64,000 nt of DNA, taken from the NCBI GenBank assembly GCA_951406725.2, contig OX597819.1, positions 114,762,001-114,826,000 of the forward strand, given 5' to 3'. This document shows, in pieces, positions 1 to 13,664 of the stretch; the first letter of the stretch is position 1; every line of letters begins with the position of its first letter. The stretch is from Octopus vulgaris (taxonomy: Eukaryota). The position numbers and the translations under genes are program-made. The notes beneath the pieces are model-generated. The model saw nothing but the letters and a program-made list of their open reading frames with translations, was not told the origin of the DNA and did no database searches.

Positions 1-41
1 CCACAGATGTCGTATCATTATCATTTACATCCATGTTCCAT

Positions 42-275
42 TCTTATTTCTTTATTGCCCACAAGGGGCTAAACACAGAGGGGACAAACAAGGACAGACA
101 TAGGTATTAAGTCGATTACATCGACCCCAGTGCGTAAATGGTACTTATTTAATCGACCCCGAAAGGATGAAAGGCAAAATCGACCTCGGCAGAATTTGAA
201 CTCAGAACATAGCGGCAGATGAGATACTGCTAAGAATTTCGCCCGGCATGCTAACGTTTCTGCCAGCTCGCCACC
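42..275 (-). mobile_element. tRNA-derived SINE, family A (head GGCGAGCTGGCAGAAACGTTAGC)
   Basis: Reverse complement has a tRNA-like head with B-box-like GAGTTCAAATTC, then GCCTTTCATCCTTTCGGGGTCGAT. Same family at 16314 and 26689. Confidence 0.8.
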
Positions 276-1047
276 TGTCCATGTTCCATTCTGGTTTGGG
301 TTGGACTGTTTGATAATATCCAATGGGTTCAAGGACCACATTATGCTTCAGTATCTGCTTTGGCATGGTTTCTTTGGTTGGATGCCCTTCCTAATGTCAA
401 TAATTTTTCAGCCTGTAATGGGTGCCTTTTTTTTATGTTATTGGTGCAGCAGCAGAAATTTATATTAAATGCTACTGAGAATATAGATCAATTGAAGGCA
501 TTAAATTTTTTTCTTATGTATTACTAAATTCTCAGGCAAATTTTTGTTTTCTGTTCTTTCCTCTGAAGGCAAATGAAAAGAAAACCAAGCTAATACTTAG
601 AAAATGTTAAGAATTTTGGCTTCAAAGGAATGCAATAAAGGATGCTGAGCTTGCTTTTTTTACATCTTTATCTTTTTAATAAGACACATCAGTTTGGTTG
701 CCTGAGAAACCTGACTAACATGGTTAAAAACCTCTTGGACAATAAAGAAGTCAATCTGACTGCTACAAATGTTCAAAGTATAAGCCTTGAAGTCTAAATA
801 CTAAAACATTCCCAATCTTTTATGCTGCCTAAATTGGGGAAAACTTTGTACTTAAAATGAAAGCAGTAAAAACCATGATAAACTCTAGGAATGCAAAAGG
901 GTAATTTTTTTCTTTCTTGTGATACCAGTGCCGGTGGCACGTAAAAGAACCATCCAAACATGGCCATTGCCAGCGCTGCCCCGACTGGCCTCTGTGCCGG
1001 TGGCACATAAAAAGTACCAACCGATTGTGGCCATTGCCAACCTTGCC

Positions 1048-2881
1048 TTGGGTTTGTGCCTGGGAAAAGCACCACTGATGCTATATTTCTGGTAAGACAG
1101 CTGCAGGAGAAAAACATAGCCAAAGATAAACCTCTGTACTTGGCTTTCATTGACATGGAGAAAGCCTTTGACAGGGTCCCCCGATCCCTTATCTGGTGGC
1201 CAATGCAGAAACTAGGGATAGATGAGTGGTTAGTGAGAGTTGTACAAGTCATGTACAGGGATGCTGCCAGTAAGGTGAGGTTTGTCAACAAGTATAGTGA
1301 AGAATTCCTGGTAGGGGTAGGGATCCACCAAAGATCAGTCTTTAGTCCCCTCTTATTCATCATAGTCCTCCAGGCAATAACAGGAATTCAAGACAGGATG
1401 CACCTGGGAGATTCTCTAAGTTGATGACCTTGCTCTAATAGTTGAGTTACTATCAGAACTAGAGGAGAAGTTTCAGATGTGGAAGCAAGGTCTAGAATTG
1501 AAGGGCCTTAGAGTCAATCTAGCAAAAAACAAAGTTTTAATAAGTAGGAAGGCAAACAAATCACAAATTCCTTCAGGTTGATGGCCCTGCTCTATCTGTA
1601 GAAAAGGCATGGGCAGAAACTCGATAAGTTGTACCTGGTGTAAGCTATGGACACATAAGAGGTGCAGCAATATCAAAGGAAGGCTAACTGGGAAGATAGT
1701 TTTTGTGTGTGACAAATACTCAGGGGCAATAAGCACTGAAAATATGCAGAAAACAGCTTTTACCAGGGGTAAAAACTAGAAGTAGTTGATAGCGTCCGTT
1801 ACCTAGGTGACCAAGTCAATAGTGGGGTTGGATGCTCTGAGAGTGTAGCAGCTAGAATAAAAATAGCCTGGGCAAAATTTAGAGAGCTCCTACCTCTGCT
1901 GATGACAAAGGGCCTCTGGCTCAGAGTGAAAGGTAGACTGTATAATGCATGTGTGTAAACAGCCATGTTATATGGCAGTGAAACATGGACTGTAACTGCT
2001 GAGGACATGTATAAGCTTGCAAGTAATGAAGTTAGTATGCTCTGCTGGATGTGTAATGTCAGTGTGCATACTCGACAGAGTGTAAGTACCTTGAGAGAAA
2101 AGTTGGACCTAAGAAGCATCAGATGTGGTTGTGCAAGAGAGACGACTGCACTGGCATGGTCATGTGTTGTGTAAGGATGAGGACAGCTGTGTGAAAAAGT
2201 GTTACACCCTAGAGGTAGAGGGAACCTGTGGAAGAGTAGACAAAGGAAGACCTGGGATGAGGTGGTGAAACACGACCTTTGAATGTTGGGCCTCACAGAG
2301 GCAATGGCGAGTGACTGAGACCTTTGGCGATAAGCTGTGTTTGAGAAGACCCAGCAAACCAAGTGAGACCGTGACTGTGGCCTATGCCAGTGCAGCTTAA
2401 CCAGCTCATTTAAGAGTACCCTTCAATCATTGGGCAATAAATAAACTGTGCTTGCGAAAACCTGTTGAGTCAAGTGAAGCAACTATTGTGCCCGATGCCA
2501 GTACTGCCTGACTGGCATGTAAAAAAGTGTGGTTGATGCCAATGCTGCCTTACTGGTCCCATGCTAGTGGCACATAAAAAGCACCTTTCAAGTGTGGTTA
2601 CTGCCAGTTCCACCTGACTGGTTCTCATGCCGGTGGCATGTAAAAAGCACCATTTAAGCATGGTTGTTGCTAGTGCCATCTGGCTGGCTCTCATGCTAGT
2701 GGCATGTAAAAAGCATCCACTACATTCTTGGAGTGGTTGGCATTAGGAAAGGCATCTGGCTGTAGAAACCTTGCCAGATCAGATTGGAGCTTGGTACAGC
2801 CTTGTGGCTTGCCAGTCCTCAGTCAAACCATCCAACCCATGCCTGCATGGAAAGCAGACATTAAATGATTTTGATGATGAT
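1048..2881 (+). mobile_element. 5'-truncated, decayed RTE-clade non-LTR retrotransposon (RT fragment plus 3' UTR)
   Basis: ORF 1056-1424 has RT motifs (KSTTDAIFLVRQLQEK, LAFIDMEKAFDRVP, GIHQRSVFSPLLFIIV). Downstream frames give MLYGSETWTV. Several stops and frameshifts. The 3' UTR has ~57-bp tandem units (GCCGGTGGCAYGTAAAAAGCACC) and ends in (GAT)n. Confidence 0.9.
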
Positions 2882-2967
2882 TTCAATTAATCTTTTTACA
2901 ATCCAACCATCCTTTCATACGGAATTTCATCTATCTATAAACCAAAGTTATGAAGAGACTTATACAA

Positions 2968-3381
2968 GCATAGGAGTGGCTGTGTGGTAAGTAGCTTGTT
3001 TACCAACCACATGGTTCTGGGTTCAGTCCCACTGCGTGGCACCTTGGGCAAGTGTCTTCTACTATAGCCTCGGGCCAACCAAAGCCTTGTGAGTGGATTT
3101 GGTAGATAGAAACTGAAAGAAGCCCGTCGTATATATGTATATGTATATATATGTGTGTATATGTTTGTGTGTCTGTGTTTGCCCCCCCCCCCCCAACATC
3201 GCTTGACAACCGATGCTGGTATCTTTACATCCCCATAACTAAGTGGTTCGGCAAAAGAGATTGATAGAATAAGTACTAGGCTTACAAAGAATAAGTCCTG
3301 GGGTCGATTTGTTTGACTAAAGGTGGTGCTCTAGCATGGCTGCAGTCTAATGATTGAAACAAGTAAAAGAGTAAAAGAGTA
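2968..3381 (+). mobile_element. tRNA-derived CORE-like SINE, family B
   Basis: GGAGTGGCTGTGTGGTAAG...GGTTCAGTCCC head, CACCTTGGGCAAGTGTCTT CORE-like segment, internal (TA/TG)n and a (GTAAAAGA)n tail. Several copies in the window. Confidence 0.8.
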
Positions 3382-3399
3382 AGTGGACATGTATAAATC

Positions 3400-4690
3400 A
3401 AATCCTATTGCCAGATATAGGGTCTTCCAGTAGCCACCCTCTTCACCCAGATGGTAAAAGCAAATCACACTGAAATCAGAGAGAGAGAGAGAGAGAGAGA
3501 ATGAACATGTGTCTTTGACTATGTCAGAATGGTGGAATAGAAGTGGTCAAGAGGATGATATCCAGCTCATATGCATTATTCTGCAGACTTTGACAATAGC
3601 ATTCTTATGGAATGTTAACAAGTCTTACACATGGCCCAGTTAATGAGCTGTGAGGACCTGACCATTAGCATGGTCAAACACAAGAAGATAAAGGCTCTAC
3701 TAATTGTTTCTGCTTAATGGTGAGGGATTTGTCTTAAATGGGATCAAGACATTGCCTTTAGATGTAGACCTCTACAATCTTTAAGAGGAAAGGAGCTAGA
3801 GTATCTCCCTGAAAGATTCCTGCTATTAGACCCCCTGTGCTTAGCACAAAATTTAATACATTTTAATATACAATAGTGAAACTTTGACATTGTCATCAGG
3901 GACAACATAATTCAACAGGAGGTAAATTATGGCCTTTCTGTTGACGCTATTATTAAATGCTTTGTTTGGATGCCTTTTGCTTGGACATTCTGGACTCTTC
4001 TATGATTCTCCAAGGGGCAGGAATCTGAGGAAGTGATCTGGTTTTGTGGAAATCGTTCTGCTAGGTGGTATCAATACAGGAGGAAATTCTTTTTAGGAAT
4101 ATAGAGTGGTAGATTTTGGGGGATAGAAATGAGAATATAATTCCTCTGTAGGTATGAGAAAGATGAATATCACCTTTGAAGGTTTCAAAAAGGTTGTTGG
4201 TTTGTTTTCATTTTAGATCTAGACTCACAGAAGTTCAACAAATATTTGTGGAAGAGTGGACTCTTTTAGAAGAGGGCCATGATTTTATGTGTGTCTGGTG
4301 TCATATTGTTTCTTAGTATTCTGTATTAAATGTTCTTCTATGGTAAATTGACTTGTCTGAATCTGCAGGCTATCTGCTGCTTTGTATTGAAGAAAGGATC
4401 GCTGTCAAGTTTGGTAATGTATAGGTCAGTTTTACCAAGTGGCAATATGAAGTGCTGAAATCAGGCATCCAGATGCTTGTCATAAGTTTTCTAAACAATG
4501 CAGATTACTGGAGATGTTTTATATTGGTAAGTTTCCTTTTAAAATGCTCCGTCAGTAAAATGCTTCTTTCATCATGGAGGTTGTTAACTTATTCAGTTCT
4601 GAACTCATTTTGTGCTTCTAGTGCCTCCTTGTACACTTCATTAAGTACAATATCAGTTGAATTGAAGTTCTTAACATTCCTGATTATATA
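3400..4690 (-). mobile_element. Highly decayed RTE/RTE-X-like LINE reverse transcriptase remnant
   Basis: Minus-strand translation gives AGIFQGDTLAPFLL (~3782-3823) and RSLPQIPAPWRIIEES (~4000-4040), which match RT motifs. Boundaries approximate. Confidence 0.6.
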
Positions 4691-4728
4691 TATTGATGTT
4701 TGTGTCCCTGGCCTTCTTGGGACACAAA

Positions 4729-5102
4729 ACTCTGCTTGCAAAGACCTGTTGAGGCAAGTGAAATGGAAATTGTAGTTGTGATACCAGTGCCGGTGGCACG
4801 TAAAAGAACCATCCGAACGTGGCCGTTGCCAGCGCTGCGCTGACTGGCCTCCGTGCCGGTGGCACGTAAAAAGCACCAACCGATCGTGGCTGTTGCCAGC
4901 CTTGCCTGATACCATGCCGGTGGCACGTAAAATGCACCCACTATACTCACGGAGTGGTTGGCATTAGGAAGGGCATCCAGCTGTAGAAAATCTGCTAGAT
5001 CAAGATTGGAGCCTGGTGCAGCCATCTGGTTTGCCAGCCCTCAGTCAAAATCGTCCAACCCATGCTAGCATGGAAAGCGGATGTTAAACGATGATGATGA
5101 TG
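4729..5102 (+). mobile_element. RTE 3'-UTR-derived short insertion
   Basis: Same GCCGGTGGCACGTAAAA tandem units, GAGTGGTTGGCATTAGGAAGGGCATCCAG block and (GAT)n tail as the LINE 3' end at 2450-2881. Confidence 0.8.
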
Positions 5103-5626
5103 AATCAAAGTGATTCATTTTATTGGCCACAAGTCCAAGATACTGAGGACAATAAAAATACAAAAAAACCTCCCAAAACTACAAAACCAGTTTGTTTTTT
5201 ACATCAAGTAAAAGGGCAGAGTCAGCAATATCAATAAAAGGTCCCTTTATTCCACAGGTCTTCATGGTTTGTCTTGCCGACCTAAATGTGGATTGCTTTG
5301 TTCGTCACACTAAGCTAAACCTGAACATTATAAGTAGGCATGGGTAAATATCCCCTCAGTTCTGGAGCTGGTAGGATTATACCCTTTGACCCTGAGTAAG
5401 AGGTAGGTACCTCATCTAGGATGCCACAATCAGTGACTCCTTTGCTCCCACCCATATACTGGATGCTGTGGCAAATAGGAAGGTCACTGCTTCCTTGGCC
5501 AAACAGAACAAAATCCTAAAGTATTTGGACTTGTCAGTGAACCATTTCTTCCAGCTCAAGGCATTTGAAACATCTACTTCTAGTGCAATGGATGTCCACT
5601 TAGTGGTCATCCCCCTTATATGTATG

Positions 5627-5668
<42 letters not shown>

Positions 5669-5671
5669 ATA

Positions 5672-5855
5672 TGGCATGTAAAAAGCACCCGCTACACTCA
5701 TGGAGTGGTTGGCGTTAGGAAGGGCATCCAGCTGTAGAAACATTGCCAGATCAGACTGGAGCCTGGTGCATCCCCCCTGGCTTCCCAGACCCCGGTCGAA
5801 CCGTCCAACCCGTGCTAGCACGGAAAACGGACGTTAACCGATGATGATGATGATG
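5672..5855 (+). mobile_element. RTE 3'-tail insertion following (TA)n
   Basis: GGAGTGGTTGGCGTTAGGAAGGGCATCCAGCTG...(GAT)n. Confidence 0.75.
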
Positions 5856-6089
5856 TATGTGTGTGTCTTTGTCCCACTCCACTGCTTGACAACCGGTGTT
5901 GGTATGTTTATGTCCTCCGTGACTTAGTAGTTCGGCAAAAGAAACCAATAAAATAAGTACCAGACTTTTAAAAAAATAAGCCTTGGGATCGATTTGTTTG
6001 ACGAAAACCCTTCAAGGCGGTGCCCTAGCATGGCTACAGTCAAGGGTGACTGAAACAAGTTAAAAATAAAATATCATAAAATATACATA

Positions 6090-6477
6090 GGCGTAGGAGT
6101 GGCTGTGTGGTTAGTAGCTTGCTTACCAACCACATGCTTCCGGGTTCAGTCCTACCGCGCGGCACCTTGGGCAAGTGTCTTCCACTATAGCCTCGGGCCG
6201 ACCAAAGCCTTGTGAATGGATTTGATAGACGGAAACTGTCGTATATATGTATATATGTGTATATGTTTGTGTGTCTGTGTTTGTCTCCCCCCCCCCAACA
6301 TCGGTGCTGGTGTGTTTATGTCCCCGTAACTTAGCGGTTCGGCAAAAGAGACCGATAGAATAAATACTAGGCTTACAAAGAATAAGTCCTGGGGTCGATT
6401 TGCTCGACTAAAGGCGGTGCCCCAGCATGGCCGCAGTCAAACTGACTGAAACAAGTAAAAGAACAAAGAACAAGAAC
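6090..6477 (+). mobile_element. SINE family B copy
   Basis: Near-identical to 2968-3381. Confidence 0.8.
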
Positions 6478-6839
6478 ATGTAAACAGAAATAATCTTTCG
6501 CAATGGGGAAAAATTTTGGATCCTTTTTTTTTATCAATTAGCAGTATAGTAAGGAAAGCCAAACTTAAGTAGCATTACTTTGTGTTACAATAGTCAGCTC
6601 TTAAAAATATACAAGCACTTGGATGAGTAATGTATGGGAGGTAACTCTATGTTAAGAAAATACGCAAATTTGAATAAGTTCGTCTGCCTTATAGACATAA
6701 ATATAGTGCCCTTGCTCGGAGAAAACAAAGAAAGAATTATTAACGCCGTAGACAAATTCTGGATTTTATTAATTCTATGATATGTTGACAAAATTCTAGT
6801 TTATGCTTCTCAGCAGAGAATATCTATTTAGTGTTTTTG

Positions 6840-7300
6840 AAACGCTGTACGAAGGCAGGGAATATCAAGTGAATATTGCGGAAGTGATAGTGGTGAATTT
6901 ATGGAACGCTACATCAAGGCAGGGAACCTAACCATGCGTTCTGTTCCTTAGATGCTATAAAAAGGCAGGGTATTTGTACGTAGTTTAGTAACCAAACGCT
7001 ATGCGGGGCATGTAATTATTTATGAAAACCACGTCGCTGAATTAACGTAGCAAGTGCTTGTTGTTAAGCTGGTCACAGGAGGAAGCCAATGTTACGGAAC
7101 TCACAACTTCGTCGAAGAGTTAGAAACTCGAATTGACGAGCTCGTACACAAAAAAAAAAACCAACGAAACAAACTAGTCTTCTCTCTATTGCTTCGTTTT
7201 TTAGTCACAAAATTCTTAGTCACTCGTAAATAGAACTGTATTACATATGTAATTCCGTTATCGAAACGTAAAACGAATTGGTAGTGAAGGATGTTCGAAT
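6840..7300 (+). promoter_or_regulatory. Candidate promoter of the EMI-TM gene
   Basis: Locally CpG-enriched unique sequence 0.7-1.1 kb upstream of the ATG. Contains ETS-like GCGGAAGTG (~6878), CCAAT (~7086) and 3-4 copies of AACGCT-N5-AAGGCAGGG. Confidence 0.45.
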
Positions 7301-7949
7301 CTTAATTTCATTATTGAATTGGAGCCATGAAATATTGATAAGAAGGAAAAAGAAATTTGAAGAAGCCAAGTCTAAATTAAATAGACAACTCTGCTAATTA
7401 TATAATTCTTGGCTATTTTGTTGTCTTATTTTTATTCCATTTTGTGTTTGGACTCAACCCCTAGTTTACATATTTGCTATGACTTGCAGAGTATTTTGTG
7501 TTTATATACACATTTTGAGATTTTTGTAAAAGAAAAGATAGGAAATTTCCTGTAATATTTTATCGAACTGGAATTGTCTTCTACTAGCGAAGAGGAGTTT
7601 TGCAGTCAAGACTTCACGACAAAAGACACCCCCACATTTAGTGCACCAGTGGTTGTATTGTAGAAGAACGGATATACCTTGTGAGACCCGCGCGATAAGG
7701 AAGGAATATAGCTAAGGAGAACTCGATTACCTGTAAAGAACTTATTCGCTAACCCTAATTCCAAAGCCTGTTTTTGAGTCCAGTCTCTCATTCCTCAAAA
7801 TACTAGTAACTTTTTTTATTTTAAATTAACGACGTTCTATATTCTTGTGGAAACTGGTTTCGTCTTAGTCAACACCGTATTTCCTAATGTGATGTTCACG
7901 TTGCCTGGACCTTATACCAAAAGATAGCCTTTTTCTCTTCAGATAAACC

Positions 7950-8098
7950 ATGAAGAAGAACTGTTGGGCCCAAATTCTACTAGACTCGCTGTCGTCTATA
8001 GCTCCGTTGTCTGGTAGCTGTGCACGATCCACTAAAGTTATTGTTATTGTGCTCTTATGTTTGTCCCAACTTCCAGCATTGTCGGCCACCAAATCACA
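7950..8098 (+). CDS. EMI-domain type I membrane protein, coding exon 1 (signal peptide)
   Basis: ACCATGA start; MKKNCWAQILLDSLSSIAPLSGSCARSTKVIVIVLLCLSQLPALSATKS; ends in a phase-2 CA|GTAAGT donor matching the phase-2 acceptor at 32890. Confidence 0.75.
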
Positions 8099-8845
8099 GT
8101 AAGTTGGAACTAAATTTTATTATTCATATTGGCAAATTATTGGGTTTTTTTCTTTAATTCTGCGAAACTATGCATCTCGTGTCTGAGAGAATTCAGTTTC
8201 GTAGTTTCATTTCATACTATGATATTTACATTGTAATAGCAAGTCGTCTGCTACACGATAGTTAAATATTCTTGTTTTGTAATTGTTACATTGCTCTCTA
8301 CTCGTTTATTTCTATGTGTATACATTTTTCTTTCTGTATATATCGCATTATCTATCCATCCATATTTGTATCGCACACACACAAAAAAGAAATTGGCTGC
8401 ATTAGTTAAGTACCAAGGGCTCAAAGTGAATGGTTACCAGAGAAAGAAAAGATTTGGGTTTAAGTGGTGAAAATAACGTTAATATGTTACATTTGACGGA
8501 GATGACCTAAGACTGTTCAACAGGCGACATGTGTCGCCGAAGACTTGACCTCCTGCAGAAATTTAGTGGACACGCCTCTCTCCTGTTACGTGCATGCATC
8601 CCCTCCATCTATTGCCCATGCTGTACCCTCACACCTCCCTACTCTCTCTTCGCTTAACCGCAGTAAGTGTCCTCCTATTACCCACTTCAATAACACTCTG
8701 TTGGTCTCTCCCCAACAACCCTCTCTCAGCAAAAAACTTGTAATATCAGTAGCTGTTTTGGATTCTGACAACTCGTAGATAGACTGACCCATCCCGTCAC
8801 TGGGTTCATCGACTCAACCCGTTCCATTTACTACTTCGTTTAACC

Positions 8846-9000
8846 CAGTGGTTTTCAACCGGGGTCCAATATGGCTACTTAGGGTAGATTTTTGGAGGGC
8901 CACATAACAAAATAGTAAATTGGAAGTTCACAATTTTATTTTAAGGGCTCCTGAAAGTTTTTTTTTTTTTTTTCCACTTTAGAATAAAGACACCTTATCT
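8846..9000. mobile_element. hAT-type MITE fragment
   Basis: Starts with a CAGTGGTTTTCAACC terminus typical of hAT/Charlie TIRs; second TIR not found. Confidence 0.35.
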
Positions 9001-9730
9001 AAAAACATGTTAATTATGAGAATTTGTAGAATATTGCTTCAATAACTTCTCTCTAACCCACACCAGCATGGATATAGTAAGCATGAAAAGTGTGCGTTTG
9101 TATGCTAATAATAGCGTTATACACTTACAGCTGTAGTCTCTGTGTGTGTGTGTGTGTGTGTTTTCTTACATTAAAGTTCAATTCAACTGAATAGCTGAGT
9201 CCTCTGACATGAAGCTAGTGACCACACTTAGTCCTGCTCATACATAAGCAACGAGAAATGCATGTGGCAATGCAATATTATTAGTGTAACAATGACCTCA
9301 TATTTTCCTGAAACCACTCTGAGTGGTTGGCATTAGGAAGGGCATCCAGCCATAGAAAACCATGCCAAATCAGACTGGAGTCTGGTGCAGCCTTCCATCT
9401 TACCAAACCTGGTCAGACCTCCCAAACCATGCCAGCATGGACAATGGACATTAAATGATGATTTTATTCGAGAACAGTGTTTAACATCATTTGCACTGCT
9501 TGTTCCTGTATCAGTTTTAAAATCAGAATCAGTGTTTCTTAGTAATCTGGAATATAATTCAATGTTTGACTGACTCATTCTTATTCATGTCTGTTTATTT
9601 GATCTGCATGAGCAAGTATACCTTTTAAGAGCCAAAACTGTATTATTGCATACTTGAAGCACATTTTGGTTAATTTCTCTTATTGCTCGTACCAAATAGC
9701 TATAATTTCATAAGACTTTGTGATTATATA

Positions 9731-10120
9731 GGCGTAGGAGTGGCTGTGTGGTAAGTAGCTTGTCTATGAACCACATGGTTCCGAGTTCAGTGCCACTGCG
9801 TGGCACCTTGGGCAAGTGTCTTCTATAGCCTTGGGCCGACCAAAGCCTTGTGAGTGGATTTGGTAGACAGAAACTGAAAGAAGCCTGTCGTATATATGTG
9901 TGTATATGTTTGTGTGTCTATGTTTGCCCCCCAACATCGCTTGACAACTGATGCAGGTGTGTTTACATCCACATAATTTAGCAGTTCGGCAAAAGAGACC
10001 GATAGAATAAGTACTAGGCTTACAAAGAATAAAGATTGGGGTCGATTTGCTTGACCAAAAGGCAGTGCTCCAACATGGCCAGTCACATGACTGAAACAAA
10101 TAAGAGTAAAAGAGAAAGAG
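9731..10120 (+). mobile_element. SINE family B copy
   Basis: Near-identical to 2968-3381 and 6090-6477. Confidence 0.8.
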
Positions 10121-12473
10121 TATATCTGTCTACCATTCAAAGCAGATGGATCAAGTTTTCCTGAGTGAAGGATTGTTTAATTTTTATAGTGCAAATAAAT
10201 GTGCATTATCATCATCATTTAACACCTGTTTTCCAAGGTGGGTTGGATGGTTCAAGAGGAGCTGGTGAGCCAGAGAATTAAGCCAAGCCCCAGTATCTGC
10301 TTTGGTGGTTTCTATGACTGGATGCCAATCACTTTACAAAATGCACTGGATGATTTTTATGTGGTACTGGCACTAGTGAGGTCATCAAGTAACTCACAAA
10401 ATTAGATCCTCCAAATGAGCGGGGTATTGTATTGATGGATGTGGATTTATGCTAGGTGTTATGTTAAATTACGACAGAGGGGCAAAAACAGGTTGTTAAG
10501 CGATGCAGAGGATCGGGCAGAGTGAATGCATAACTAGAATATAAATAGAAATAGAAACGGCTATAAACCAAGTTCAAATGTTGCTTTTCTGATACCATCA
10601 AACTATCAAGCTATGTAACATTAAATTTGGTTAAAAAAAATGTTCAGGTAGTTTGTAATTCTACAAACGATTTTGAAGAAATTGTAAATGATCCTACTAG
10701 TAATTATGAAATTTTCCTAAAGAAATGCTATGTTTAGTAAAAAAAAAAAAAATTCAGATGCCACTTTGATACAGGTAGTATGAATGCGAACACTTACTCC
10801 TCTTTCTGTCCCTTTCTGGTGGTAATACCTCAGAACTTCTGGATTGATCTGAATATATCAAATTTGCAGATGTGATCTCGAGTTAAAATAATTTGACTTC
10901 TTTATGATTAAGCTTTGAAACCCCATTTAAAAAACTTTTGACTATTCTCTGTGTTTCTCTTTGGATGATGTAAGGGTTTTTGAACAGGTTTACATCCAAT
11001 TTTATTAAACCAATACACATATTTCATTAGGATATTTACAGGATTTGTCCAGCACTGTTTCTGAAGCACTGTTTCAGCAAAATGGTTCTTAATAGTTCTG
11101 TTTCAGCTGTTTAATTTCAGTTTTATTCTATCAATTTTCAGTGACTTTAATAGCTGTTCAGCAACTTGACAATTGTGTGAATTATTAAAAAAATAATTTT
11201 TGAACATACTCAGATAAAATATTATCATGGGTGGTTTCCAATTTTATAAGTTCACATTTGTAACATTAGTTTCTACAACAGCATTATCATCAAGTTCAAC
11301 AGCAGCATCATCATGTTCAACCTAACATTAATAAATTCTTAAGGATATGATGAGGAATTGGATGTATTGTGCATGAGAAAAGACTCAGTTTAGGAATGTG
11401 GTGCATATGGCTAAGTCTAGTTGTATGAAGTGTCCACTTACTGTAGATGGAACCTGTGTAAATGGGAAATCTGGGAAGACAGGAAGACTGATCTCAGGAT
11501 GTTGAACCTCATAGATATAAGACTGAAGATGGTGATATGCAGTGCTCAAGACAATCCACCCAGCATAAGGAAACTGAGGTTCAAAAGCATAATGTGTATG
11601 CACACAACTGGATCCCTTAATGTCCCTGTCAAGTTTATACCTGCTTTTTCTTATCCCAACCCAGACTGCTAGGTCCCACTCTTGAGCCAATTCCTTTTGA
11701 CATCCAGCCTTATTTTTAGCATTGACCATCTGCACCCTTACTTATGTTCCTCTCCAATTCTCCCTAACACTCTTGCAGTCCTAACCCCACTCCTATCCCT
11801 ACTCATCCCTCCATTACTCTCCTATTTGCTGTATTATTCTGTGGCTGTAATTAATAAAAGCAGATCTTGCATCTTATTTCATATCACCATTTCTGTACTG
11901 AGTGAGGCCAATTGAAATATTTGACCAAAGAGAAAATGCTTTGCTCTTTATGTACACCATACAATTATCAAGGTTTCCCTTTCTATATTTCTTCTATCTT
12001 CTTTTACTTGTTTCAGTCATTGGACTATGGTGATGCTAGGGCACCACCTTGACTGGCTTAGTCAAACAAATCTACTCAAGTACCCAATTTTTCAAGTTTT
12101 ATTCTATCAGTCTCTTTTGCCAAACCACTAAGTTATGGACATGTAAAGAAACCAACACCAGTTCTTAAACAGCGACATACAATAGGTGTTTACACAGTTT
12201 CCCTCTACCAAATTCACTCGCAAGCCACTTGTCAGCTAGGGGTTATATAATAGAAGATACTTGCCCAAGGTGCTGTATTGCAAGACTGAACTCGAAACCA
12301 CATGGTTGCAAAGAGAGCTTAACTACACAACCATTTCTAGCAACTTGCTTCAGCTATGCTTACTTATCATGATATGTTGTCCATCTTCTGGTAGTATTTC
12401 TAATGTACCTTTTTCTACTTGCATCAGTTTAGGTAATCTCCCCCTGGAATGTACATCTCATGAATCAATACTC

Positions 12474-12861
12474 TCTCTTTTACTTGTTTCAGTCATTTGA
12501 CTGCGGCCATGCTGGAGCACCGCCTTTAGTCGAGCAACTCGACCCCGGGACTTATTCTTTTTGTAAGCCCAGTACTTATTCTATCGGTCTCTTATTTTTT
12601 TTTTGCCGAACCGCTAAGTGACGGGGACGTAAACACACCAGCATCGGTTGTCAAGCAATGCTAGGGGAACAAACACAGACACACAAACACACACACAAAG
12701 CACCCACTACACTCGCGGAGTGGTTGGCGTTAGGAAGGGCATCCAGCCGTAGAAACTCTGCCAGATTCAGACTGGAGCCTGGAGCAGCCCCTGGCTTCCC
12801 AGACCCCGGTCGAACCGTCCAACCCGTGCTAGCGCGGAAAACGGACGTTAAACGATGATGA

Positions 12862-12909
<48 letters not shown>

Positions 12910-13069
12910 CAGGCTTCTTTCAGTTTCCGTCTACCAAATCCACTCACAAGGCATTGGTCGGCCCGGGGCTATAGAAGAAGACACTTGCCCAAGATGCCAC
13001 GCAGTGGGACTGAACCCAGAACCATGTGGTTGGTTAGCTAGCTACTTACCACACAACCACTCCTGCGCC
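12474..13069 (-). mobile_element. SINE family B copy with a nested, opposite-strand RTE-tail insertion (~12699-12864)
   Basis: Reverse-complement SINE B whose internal microsatellite is interrupted by a + strand RTE tail ending in (GAT)n. Confidence 0.75.
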
Positions 13070-13400
13070 TTGAACATTTTTGACATTCATCCCCCCATTA
13101 CAAATAAACCAGCAACAATAATGCTCACAACAAATGCTTCAATTTTCTCCAAAATTTCAATGAATGATCGAAGAAATTGTTTTAACTTCTGATTGCATTT
13201 TGGTTTATTAAAACCAATCCAGTTTTGAGATATCAGTTACCTGACTGTCGGTGATAAATTGCATCTTAACATTAAGATTGACTTTTGCTTTGGTCATTTT
13301 AGCATTTCTTTCGACCAATTTCATGAATCCTTGAAATCTCGTTTTCAAATCCTTCAGCTGCTTTTATGGATTTACAAACTGCTTGAAAATAAATTTTTAT

Positions 13401-13664
13401 ATTGCCTCGCCTGGCCCCATGCCGGTGGCACATAAAAGCACCATCCATTCGTGGCCGTTTGCCAACTCCGTCTGGCACCTGTGCGGGTGGCACATAAAAA
13501 GCACCCACTACACTCACAGAGTGGTTGGCGTTAGGAAGGGCATCCAGCCGTAGAAACACTGCCAGATCAGACTGGGCCTGATGCAACCTTCTGGCTTCAC
13601 AGACCCCAGTTGAACCGTCCAACCCATGCTAGCATGGAAGGCGGACGCTAAATGATGATGATGA
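13401..13664 (+). mobile_element. RTE 3'-tail insertion
   Basis: GCCGGTGGCACATAAAAGCACC units, GAGTGGTTGGCGTTAGGAAGGG block and (GAT)n tail. Confidence 0.75.

Noticed and set aside
4730-4940. CRISPR-like regularly spaced GCCGGTGGCACGTAAAA repeats (also 2500-2720 and 21700-21910)
   Set aside because: The spacers are similar to each other and recur across copies; this is the tandem 3' UTR of an RTE LINE in a eukaryote, with no cas genes.
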